The position numbers and the translations under genes were made by a program. Positions 52,955-64,000 of a stretch of 64,000 nucleotides of DNA are shown here, piece by piece. Below the pieces are notes generated by a model. It ran no database searches. It was not told the origin of the DNA and saw only the letters and a program-made list of their open reading frames with translations. The stretch's first letter is position 1, and each line of letters starts with the position of its first letter. Source of the stretch: Octopus sinensis (taxonomy: Eukaryota). Where the stretch lies: NCBI RefSeq assembly GCF_006345805.1, contig NC_043002.1:89900001-89964000 (forward strand), read 5' to 3'.

Positions 52955-55038
52955 TATCTGTTTCAACACACGACTACACATAAAAAATCTTGCACAACAA
53001 ATATTTATATTTAATCATTTCCAGAAAAATAATCTATCACAAAGAATTTATTATATATTTGAACAAACTCAGTTCTATGATCTTCAGATCACCTGGCTTT
53101 TGAAAATTTGTACCATGCTCACTTGAATAAATTGGTATAATCTTCATGGTCAAGTAAGTACAGTATTTGCTGGTGTCTGAAATGCACATTCACATTAGAC
53201 ACATCCCTATTTTACAAGTATGTTTTGTGGGAAAAACAAAATTTACTGTTCCATCATATATTTACTGAAAAATATTTAGCATTCAAACTGGCCATTATAA
53301 AACCCAAATATTCCACCCATTTTATGTTCAAACTTGCCAGATCAGGCCTCTCACACCTACCTACAATGTCATTCTAAAAATAAACAATCATATCATTGAA
53401 AACGCAAAGCTACAAGATAAATTATGTTATTTTCAAAACAATGTGAATAAATAAGCATTACATTTGACAGAGTAATCTGAATGCTATAGGCTTAAAGTAA
53501 TTTTGTATGGGGAAATGCTTGATTCTGTGTATGTTAATACAATGCTGTGACAGAATGTTAGAGTAAAATATGAGACCATAAATTTATCATGTTTAAACTA
53601 CAGTGTATGATTACTATATTTCAACTTTATTTTTTTCATATCAACTGTACAGGTCTCTCTCTTTCTCTCTTTACTCTTACATGGCTCATCTCATTTTCTG
53701 ATCAAAATATCTACAGGTTTAAGGCAGTGAGCTGGCAGAATCATTAGCATGCTGACGGTATTTTGTCTGCTGTTACATTCTAAGTTCAATTTCCGCCAAG
53801 GTCAACTTTGCCTTTCATCTTTTCGGGGTCGATTAAATAAGTACCAGTTACACACTGGGGTTGATACAATCGACTTAATCCTTTTTGTTTGTCCCCTCTA
53901 TGTTTTGCTCCCCTGTGGGCAATAAAGAAATAAATATATCTACAGGTTAAGACAGTGAGTTGGCAGAACCGTTAGCACACTGGGCAAAATGCTTAGCAAC
54001 ATTTTGTCCATTTTTAAATCTTGAGTTAAAATTCTGCCAAGGTTTGCTTGGCCTTTCATCTTTTTGGGAACAATGAAATTTGTACTAGTTGAATTTTGGG
54101 GTCAACTTAACCCCTTTCCCTTGACATATTTTTCTACTCTAGGCACAAGGCCAAAAAATTTTGTGGGAGGGGGCCAGTCAATTAGATCGACCCCAGTATG
54201 CAACTGGTACTTAATTCATCAACCTTGAAAGGATGAAAGGCAAAGTCGACCTCGGTGGAATTTGAACTCAAACGTAAAGACAGATGCTAAGCATTTCACC
54301 CAGCATGCTAACATTTCTGCCAGCTCACCGCATCCCCTTTCCACTAACATTGCTGACTTTGTGCCAAAATTTGAAATCAATATATCTACAGGTTTATTAT
54401 ATTACTGCTCTCCACCCTTCTTGGGTTATTTCTTATACCTCCCTCTACACTGATGCTTACAACTGATCACATCTCTACCCTTGTATATCATTCACTGCAT
54501 TCACATCTACCCTCATCTCGAAACATCTGTCACTCTCCTCACACACTCTTATGAACTTATCTCCCCACCCTTCCTGATCTTTAATCTTTAATCTATAATC
54601 TCTCTTATACTTACTTTCTATTACCTTGATAGCATGCTCTGGCGCCTCAACACCAATTTACCTTCTTTTCAGCTACTGTCACCCACTCTTATGTAATACC
54701 TGAGTAGCCATGTATCTTTTTTATGCCACCTGCCCTTCTTCTATGCCACCTACCCATCTGCTATGAAAGGGCTTAAAAAATTTTTCTTAGTTGCAAAAAA
54801 GCACCCAATAGACTCGATGAAGTAATTAGCATTATGGAGGGCATCTAGGCAGACTTTGGAGTTCAAGACAATTCTCTGTGTTGTCAAACCGTCCAACCAA
54901 TGTCAGCATGGAAAATGGATATTAAATGATGATAGCGATTATATGTGAGTGTTTTATATAGTCTACTGTATGTGAAAAGAGATGATATGTGCACCCAAGC
55001 ATATATATATATATATACATACATATATATATATGTGC

Positions 55039-55110
<72 letters not shown>

Positions 55111-55790
55111 GAGAAAGACACACACACACACACGAACACACACATTTCAGAATGTGTGTGTATATAGATATGTGCATGTTCCTGCTAATTATTAGATATA
55201 TATATATATTTCTGAAATTTTCAAACTACAAAAATATACTAGAGCGAAATTAAATGAGTTTTTGAAATTGAAGAGAATTTTTCCATCTGTTGGAATTTAC
55301 TGGTTTCTGTTGATGTTTAAAAACAGGTATTAAAGCTCCAGGATATTTTCACTGAGTTATGTTTTTGTAATGAAAGTGTTTTTAGAGAAAAATATATGGA
55401 AATTGGTAGCCGTAGCTGCATAAACATTATTACTGGAATACTTTACACATAGACATATTACTTGTACTATATACACACACATCAATACATACATGTTATC
55501 TGTCCCACCATCTTTCTCACTTTTTCTCTATCTCTCTCTCCCTCTCTCTCGCATACATACATAAACATATATGTATGTATGTATACACACACACACACGC
55601 ATGCACGCACAAACACACACACACATACACACACACACACATCAACACACATTTAGCCAATAATAGGAAGATATTTCAAAGTATCTGAATACAGTACATA
55701 AATACACACTTTTGTATAGGTACATATTTATAAATCTTAAGGAAGGTATGTGACTTCACACACACACACACGTGTGCGTATGTGTATGTA

Positions 55791-55855
<65 letters not shown>

Positions 55856-56939
55856 TATATATGTATGTATGTATATATATATATATGTATATATTTTTTA
55901 AGATATGTGAATTCATACACAACTACATGACTCTTACTACTTATTAATCCTACATCCTATTATAGTAAAAAGCCAATTACTTAATGTTGAGGTGATCAGA
56001 AGTTTGGAAGGATTAAAAACAAAGTTGACCAGGCTGGTATTTCAACTTAAAGAATCATGATCAAATCCAACAAAACCTTTTATCCAACTTTTTATTCTGC
56101 TATTCCATTACCCTAATCCTCTACCAATTCTGTTATTCCACCATCATAACACTCTACCAATTCTGCTATTTCACCACCTGAACACTACCAATTCTGTCAT
56201 CCCATTGCCCTTCATACATAAATTTTATATGTAAAATCATTTTGCAAGACAATGATGTCTAAAATGATATCTAAAAGTTTTACCAAAATTCAAAAGAAAT
56301 TTTGAATTTTGGCAAAAAGCCCAGTTTACTATGGAGCTATCTCTATGGAATTTCTGTTGTGACTGCAACTATCATGTATAAGAACCATTTCTTGTTGTGA
56401 TCCCATGTGATGAATTTCATATTAAGCCTGCTTTTATCTATTTTTGACATTACACAAACACAAATCATGTTATATTAACCAAGAGATAACTCCTGCATTT
56501 GTTGTATGTACCTGTCTGTTGTTGTTGCTGTTTGATCTTCGGTCAGCTTTGATACAGCAGTCTTATGATCAAAGGCATTTTAACTGGAGGCATTCCATTC
56601 ATATATCTTTGTAATCCTAGATATACTATGTCTAAAGAAAAGATGGAATCTCCTTAGTCGGAATGACTGTTCTATCAGAACTGATGTAGGCCATGGTGTG
56701 TGTGCATGCATGTGTGTGTGTGTGTGTGTGTGTGAGTGTGCATGTGCGCACACACACTCACACACACACACACATGTAGTCACAGCATGGCTGTGTGGTA
56801 AGAAGCTTGCTTCCTAATCATATGTTTCCAGGTTCAGTCCCACCGTGTAGCACCTTGGGCAAGTGTCTTCCACTATAGCCTTAGGCCGCCCAAAACCTTG
56901 TGAGTTGACTTGGTACACAGAAACTGAAAGAAGCCTGTC

Positions 56940-56981
<42 letters not shown>

Positions 56982-58114
56982 TAGGAGGCACAAGCACTTA
57001 CACACGTATACACATGGCGGTAACTTCTGCCTACCAAATTCAATTACAAGGCTTTGGTCGACCAGAGGCTATAGCAGAAGACACTTGCTCAAGGTGCCAT
57101 GCAGTGGGAATGAACCTGAAGTCATGTAGCTGGGAAGCAAGCTTCCTAACCACACAGCTATGCCTGTGCCTATATATATATACTTGACTGAGGAGAGAAG
57201 GCCACGAATGGCCCATCCTTGTTTTGTCCTGTCTGTTTTTTTGTTGTTTTTTCTGTGTCTTCATATTGTCTATCTGTCCAGATGTCTTACTGTCATCTGT
57301 TGCATTCTGTTCCATTTTTTTTCATTTATATAATCATATAGCAGTGTATGTACACTTTTACTTACCTTGTAAGTATATATCTAAATTCTGTACAACTGTT
57401 TTACTCCTTCTTTTAGTCCCCCTCATACTTACTTCTTTCTTCTTTCTTTCCTCCTTTCTTTTTCTCATGCCTCCTCTCTTACATTTCTTGGCCTTCTTTT
57501 TCTTTAATCTACCTAGTATTGATCGTTTATCTCCCTTGTCCCTTCTCTATGTCTCTTTGATTTTTTTCTGTCTTTCTCATCCTTCCCCTAATTCTTCAAT
57601 CCCTCTGCCCCCTATCTCTCCCCTTTTCTTCCACATTACTGGTGTTTGGCTAAGCATGATCTTTCTTCCTTGGCTTGACTGCCAGACACAAAGCATCTCT
57701 TATTCCTGTCCCCTGATTTTCATCACTGACCTTCGTCTATGTTCCTGCCTCAAGGCTTTCACTCTACACATGCCAGCTCAACTTGATTCGTCTCCGTTAG
57801 TTGAAAGACACCTGTTGTTATTTTATTGTTGTTTGTATTTGTAATTGAGTAACATTTTCTCTGTTTTTTTTTTTGGTTTTTTTTTGTACGAATTTCTGAC
57901 TTATCCATCTCTAGACAAAAATAGCAAAAATGATTTATAAATACTTTATAAGGTGCAAAATGAGTTAGAATAAAGAAATAGATGTGTCAGCTTTCTAACA
58001 AAAAGTAAAGATTGCCAAAATATAATAATGGCGCAAAATGAGCAGCTGTGAAAGTTTACCATATACCTTACTACAAATTTCATACTTGATGACTTTATAT
58101 ATATATGTGTGTGT

Positions 58115-58147
58115 TTGATAAGTGTGAACATACGAAACATTCGGGCC
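58115..58147 (+). ncRNA. Truncated hammerhead-like motif with U3-A8 covariation
   Basis: TTGATAA-GTGT GAAC ATAC-GAAA-CAT-TC-GGGCC. The 5' strand of stem I is absent (replaced by (GT)n). A tail containing AATAAA follows and ends at (TA)n near 58240. Confidence 0.45.
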
Positions 58148-58237
58148 CTGAGTCACTCTGTTACTTCTGTTATATATTAATAAAGATATACATATACTCA
58201 TATTTTGAGTTGAATTTTTCCTGTTTGCAAAACCACA

Positions 58238-58285
<48 letters not shown>

Positions 58286-58286
<1 letters not shown>

Positions 58287-58740
58287 CATCATCATCATCA
58301 TCGTTTAATGTCCGTTTTCCATGCTTGCACAGGTTGGATGGTTCGACCGGAGTCTGGGAAGCCAGGGGCTGCTCCAGGCTCCAGTCTGATCTGGCAGAAT
58401 TTCTACGGCTGGATGCCCTTCCTAATGCCAACCACTCTGCGAGTGTAGTGGGTGCTTTCTACATGCCACCTGCACAGGTGCCAGGGGAGGGGTCTGGCAT
58501 CAGCCACGATCGGTTGGAGCTTTTAACGTGCCAGCGGCACGGAAGCCAGCCAAGGCGGTGCTGGCAACGTTCGGATGGTGCTTTTTATGTGCCACCAGCA
58601 CAGAAGCCAGTCAGAGCGGCACTGGCATCGGCCACATTCTGATGGTGCTTTTTATGTGCCACCGGCACAGAAGCCAGTCGGGGCGGTGCTGGTATTGGCC
58701 ACGTTCGGATAGTGCTTTTTATGTGCCACCGGCACAGGCA
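58286..58740 (-). mobile_element. SINE-like family A copy
   Basis: (CAT)n-CGTTTAATGTCCG...CTGGATGCCCTTCCTAATGCC followed by repeated GGTGCTTTTTATGTGCCACC units. Confidence 0.85.
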
Positions 58741-58950
58741 TCACAACTACTATTTCCATTGATATTTATTTCGACGTTCATATATATATATATATATATA
58801 TATAGTAATTAGATACGGTTATAATCCAAGCTGTGTCCTCTCGATGCACATCTGCTCATTTCTGAACACCAAAATTGGATGTAGAAGTTAAATTTGTATG
58901 AGGTGTTCGTTACAGTTCAAAATACTGGAAAATATTTTTTGCAGAGTAAT

Positions 58951-59430
58951 TATATATTAAAACAGGAGATTGGAAAATGTTTTGGTATTATTCATCATTA
59001 CATGTGTTTCATTTGTTAATAGGAGTTACAAAATTGAACATGTAGAACAAGATTTCCCATTAGAAATTCTTCAGATAGAGAATCAAATAATATAAAATTT
59101 ACATTTGGATGAAGCTTTTATTTATTGTCAGTAATCAAGAATCCTATAGATAGTAGTGGGGTGGGGATAAAGAACAAAACTAGTAATATAAAAAAGCGAG
59201 TGAGTTAGAAATGGATGCAATAAGCAAACACACATACATTCAAGCTTATATATGTAAAGGCAAATTTTATATTATTTGATTCTCTGTCGGAAGAATTCCT
59301 AAGAGAAGATATCTTGCATGTTTCTCCTACATGTACAATTTTGTAACTCCATTTAGTAAATGAAACATGTTTAATGGTGAATAAATGACACCAAAAGTTT
59401 TTCTTCCAATCTCCTGTTTTGAGATATATA
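58951..59430. repeat. Diverged inverted repeat (~150-170 bp arms, ~160 bp spacer)
   Basis: The arms share AAAACAGGAGATTGGAA, GGAGTTACAAAATTG and AGAGAATCAAATAATATAAAATTT in opposite orientation. Confidence 0.8.
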
Positions 59431-59434
59431 TATA

Positions 59435-59833
59435 CTTGCAGTATTGCCTGGCGTTGTTCGGGTTTGTAAGGGAAATAACTATATAAACATTTTTAGAGAG
59501 TTATAGCCAAAAAATAGCAAAAAAATGCATTAAAAATGGAAAAAAAATTATGGTAAATTTTAATTTTAAATCGTTGACTCATCGTAGACATTTTTAGAGA
59601 GTTACTTCCCTTATATAATAGCGAAAAAATGCATTAAAATGGAAAAAAATGATGGTAAATTTTTTTAAAAATCGTAGACTCATCGTAGACGCGCGCTAAT
59701 ACCCAGAAGGGCTTGATATGAATTACGACTATAAGATACCCGGTTTTGGTTAAACTGCACCGCAAAATGTGGGAGTAGTTAGGAATCTAAATCGTAGGAG
59801 ACAGACACACAACCTCTCTTTTATATATAAAGA
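59435..59833 (-). mobile_element. Non-autonomous Helitron-like element
   Basis: On the minus strand it starts 5'-TC after an A and ends CAAG (CTAG variant) before a T, with a subterminal CCGAACAACGCCAGG hairpin remnant. It contains an internal ~110 bp tandem duplication (59486-59690). Confidence 0.6.
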
Positions 59834-62107
59834 TATATCCCCTCTACCATCCTATCATGCTATTTCTACTCACACACTCTTGCTCCCTTCACCTACTCAT
59901 CATGGTCATTCTGTCATAACTCTTCTTCACCTCACTATTTTAGTGACATTGCATTGAACGAATTCTGTTGACCCTTGTGTTGTGTGACCAATTGAGGCAC
60001 TTGGTGTTGAATAGATGTATTTTTCTGCTTTTTCTTTCTTTTTCCTTTTTTTCTTTTTTTCTTTCTTTTTCTTTCCTTGTTCCTCTTTTTCCATTTTTTC
60101 TTCTGGTTTTGGATTTATATTTTTAATGTGGTTTTGTATTATATATGTATCATATACATACGTGTTATTTTAATCTGTTTTAAAGAATTATAATACTAAA
60201 TATTTGAAGCATAAATCTAAAACAATAAAACCTCTTGCCCAGTTTAGAGTAGTGAGGACTTTTAATTTTATGAGTTTGAACATGACAACACTTGTACTGG
60301 TACCATGATGAGATGCACCCAGTACATCCTGCAAAGTAGCTGGCAAGCATAGCACGAAGAGGACTATTTAGTCTTGTCAAGGACATGACAGACTTACTAC
60401 TAGTGCTGGTGTCATAATGAAATGCACCCAGTACAGTAGAGTATACTCTGTAAAAGGATTGGTCATAGAAGGGACATCTAGCCATTGGAAAACTAAACCA
60501 AAATATTAAATGTATGAGTGAAATGTGGTTCCCAAATTTTTCTAGGAGGACAATAACTCTGAATTAGAACTAAGCCAAACTGGTATAAGCCAACCTGTTC
60601 TGATCAGCATGAAATCATTTATAAAATGATGATGATGTTGGTGATGATATGTGTGTGCCTACATGGATTCTTTTATTCTTTTACTTGTTTCAGTCATTTG
60701 ACTGCGACCATGCTGGAGTACTGTCTTAAAGTTACAGGGACGTAAACGCACCAACATTGGTTGTCAAGCAATGGTGGGGCGGAGGACAAACATAGACACA
60801 AAGACACAAACACACATAAATACACATGGATACACAGACACACACACGCACACACACATGCATGATGAGCTTCTTTCAGTTTCCATCTACCAAATCCACT
60901 CACAAGGCTTTAGTCAGCTCAAAGTGCCATGCGGTGGGACTGAACCCAGATCCATGTGGTTGAGAAGCAAACTTCTTACCATACAGCCAAGCCTGCACCT
61001 ATGTGTATACCTGTTGTTAAAGATGTAAACAATGGTTCAAGAAAACTGACAAAGCAGTGCTTTTAAACAAGTCCCTTGTAGCATTTTTTCTGCCCAAGTT
61101 ACCAGTCACTCCCTTGTCATTTTCACCCTTAGAAATGCCAAGAAATATTGGGAAGCCTGTCACTAACAACACAACTGTTCACAAACTGTGATGTGTGTGT
61201 ATGTGTGTGTGCAAAGAGGGTGGAGGGAAGGGGAGCTTAAGGTAATTAAAATCTCATGCTTTATTGACATTGACGATAACATCTTTTATTGATATTTCTC
61301 AAATATTATTCTCTGTCGTAGACTTCTTCTCTGAAACATTAAGTATTTTTCCTTCTCATGCGATACCATCACCCCTCTCCCCCACACATACACTCATATA
61401 CTCACATACACTCATACACACACACACACTTACATATACATCCCTTGAAGCTTTATAATGAATTGATTCTTGCTGACGATAACCACTTGTCACTTCCAGT
61501 TCAGGTGATTTTTATCAGTTATTGATTTGAGATATATTTTGTTATATATACTTCATGAGCTGGAATTCTTGATGAAGTCCTAAATAAATCATCATCATTT
61601 AGCGTCCGTTTTCCATGCTAGCATGGGTTGGACGGTTCAACTGGGGTCTGTGAAGCCGGAAGGCTGCATCAGGCCCAGTCAGATCTGGCAATGTTTCTAC
61701 GGCTGGATGCCCTTCCTAACGCCAACCACTCCGTGAGTGTAGTGGGTGCTTTTTACGTGCCACCCGCACAGGTACCAGATGGAGCTGGCAAACGGCCACG
61801 AACGGATGGTGCTTTTACGTGGTTATTTCAATATCATTTAGGGGTAAAATTTCACTGTCTTTAAATTAGAGTTGATTAGTTCTTGTGTAGTTGTGTAGAC
61901 CCATGTTAGCCTTGATCAAGAAGACCTATCATCAAAGGTATTTCATCCCCTGACATTACTATGTGATTAAGAAGCTTGCTTCCCAACAATGTAGTTTTGG
62001 GTTCAATCTCACAGCATGGTGCCTTGGGTTAGTGTCCTTTTCTGCAGCCTTGGGCCAATGTTAGTGACTTTGGTAGACTGAAGCTGAAAGAAGCTTGTTT
62101 TATTATA

Positions 62108-62530
62108 CTCTTTTACTTGTTTCAGTCATTTTACTGCGACCATGCTGGAGCACCGCCTTCAGTCAAGCAAATCGACCCCGGGATTTATTCTTTGTAAGCC
62201 CAGTACTTATTCTATTGGTCTCTTTTGCCAATTTGCTAAGTGACGGGGATGTAAACACACCAGCATCGGTTGTCAAGCTATGCTAGGGGGACAAACACAG
62301 ACACACAAACACACACACACACACACACACACACCACACACACACACACATACATATATATACATATATTTATGACGGGCTTCTTTGAGTTTCTGTCAAT
62401 CAAATCCACTCACAAGGCTTTGGTTGGCCCGAGGCTATAGTTGAAGACACTTGCCCAAGATGCCACGCAGTGGGACTGAGCCTGGAACCATGTGGTTGGT
62501 AAGCAAGCTACTTACTACACAGCCACTCCT
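62108..62530 (-). mobile_element. SINE family C, full length
   Basis: Reverse complement of 36200-36620. Confidence 0.85.
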
Positions 62531-62540
62531 ACACTTGTCC

Positions 62541-62955
62541 CCATCTGTTCGTGTCCGTTGCCAGCCTCGCCTGGCCCCCGTGCCGGTGACACGTAAAAGC
62601 ACCATCTGTTTTGTGGCTGTTTGCCAGCTCTGTCTGGCCCCCGTGTTGGTGGCATGTAAAAGCACCATCCGTTCGTGTCCGTTGCCAGCCTCGCCTGGCC
62701 CCGTGCCGGTGACACATAAAAGCACCATCCGTTCGTGGCCGTTTGCCAGCTCTGTCTGGCACCTGTGCGGGTGGCACGTAAAAAGCACCCACTACACTCA
62801 CAGAGTGGTTGGCGTTAGGAAGGGCATCCAGCCGTAGAAACACTGCCAGATCTGACTGGGCCTGATGAAGCCTTCCAGCTTCACAGACCCCAGTTGAACC
62901 GTCCAACCCATGCTAGCATGGAGAACGGACGCTAAATGATGATGATGATGATGAT
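62541..62955 (+). mobile_element. SINE-like family A copy
   Basis: Same body and (GAT)n tail, with four to five internal units of two alternating types. Confidence 0.85.
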
Positions 62956-64000
62956 ATCTGTAAATTATATATATAAATTATATATAAATATATATATATA
63001 TAGAATGGTTGTATACTGTCAATCTAACACGAACGTGACAGTAGGGGGGTACACCACCGCTGTATAGCCCTAGGAAGCAACGACGCCTCCTGATGGCTTT
63101 GACACATTTTTCCCTGTGTTCTTATATACATTTACGAAGGGGAGACAAATACCCCCGGCCGCCGGAGCTGCATCTAGGGACACGTGTTTCAGGATCATTG
63201 TCCTTCATAAATTAAAAATGGGAAGGCTGGTTTATAGGATTACCTTAAGGTTTTCCATCCATAAAGGGTTTAGCTTTATGGCATATCATCAGATCCCAAT
63301 AAACCTGTTGGCATATGACCTCTTAAAAATATGGAGAGGTGAAATGTCTCACTACTCAAAGGTAACAATGGGGTTATCTCCATTTGCTATTTGCTATCAA
63401 CTTCCAGCTGTGCCACCATCTTGTGGGCTCCGCAAAGCTAGCAGGAATCTCCTGAAGTGTAATCATACGTTTACAAATTTTTTTTGCAAGATTCCTGTTA
63501 TGAAATCGTGTGTTGAAACAGATATTGTTATATTTCAGGATGATAATTTTTTTCTGCAGTGTGGAAGATGTTTATAAGCCATTTAAAAAACACACAAAAC
63601 CATTAGATTCACTTCAACATTTAAATTTAATTTGCCAAAATATTTTCATTGCTTTTAACGCATGCAAAGTATCACAACTCTAGCATCGCTCTGTCATTGT
63701 CAGCCAACGAACTTTTCAGCCTACCCTTGAATATTGATTGATCAGTCATAACAGTATTTCTCCTTAGAAAATACGTTTTATGGACATACTGTATGGAAAA
63801 CAATACATAATCATGAGAAACAGAGAGAGTAAAAGCAATCACCCTAAGACTGAAATGTAACTGGTGTTCTCACTGCTGCTGCAGGGACAATATTTTGTCT
63901 CCCTCTGATATTGTGTAGTGACACCACACCAATAAGTGACATAATCTTAGAACAAATACTTCAGAAATTTGTCTATTAACAGTATACTCTTTTACTCTTT

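Noticed and set aside
57355-57390. Minus-strand CAAG|GTAAGT donor
   Set aside because: The upstream minus-strand sequence is purine-rich with no credible acceptor, and the site is a small ACTTAC/GTAAGT palindrome.
551-62906. Dozens of 60-200 aa ORFs (YIHT, CVCV, poly-I/L/H, SLSL, MDGSTGV types)
   Set aside because: They are translations of microsatellites, CT-rich tracts or SINE family A/C bodies, with no domain content.
63116-63577. 153-aa ORF as a gene
   Set aside because: It starts at a non-ATG codon, has no recognisable domain, and its end overlaps a repeat tail cassette.

Overview
AT-rich, microsatellite-saturated eukaryotic genomic DNA. It is not prokaryotic: there are no operons, CRISPR arrays, rRNA genes or true tRNA genes. 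The repeat landscape suggests an octopus/cephalopod genome (inference from recalled repeat families, not a database hit). No host protein-coding gene can be supported; the window looks intronic or intergenic, and almost all ORFs in the track are microsatellite or SINE artefacts. The one long real coding sequence is a frameshifted Penelope-like retroelement (RT + C-terminal GIY-YIG, Naiad-type motifs) at ~47.8-50.4 kb, with a related fragment at ~16.0 kb. The most notable signal is a set of unrelated short cassettes that share one layout: a minimal type I hammerhead-ribozyme motif, then an AT-rich tail, then a junction with (TA)n. Three motifs are complete (47188, 29948, 52735) and several are truncated. 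Two cassettes sit inside long fold-back inverted repeats, and other fold-backs occur without a visible ribozyme. Also present: four SINE-like families with nested insertions, TTAA-flanked piggyBac-like MITEs (including a filled/empty paralogous site pair), a hAT MITE with an 8-bp TSD, a non-autonomous Helitron, a decayed CR1-type LINE carrying a solo-LTR-like insert, RTE remnants, and a hierarchical 24/48/145-bp minisatellite. Coordinates were counted by hand and may be off by a few bases.
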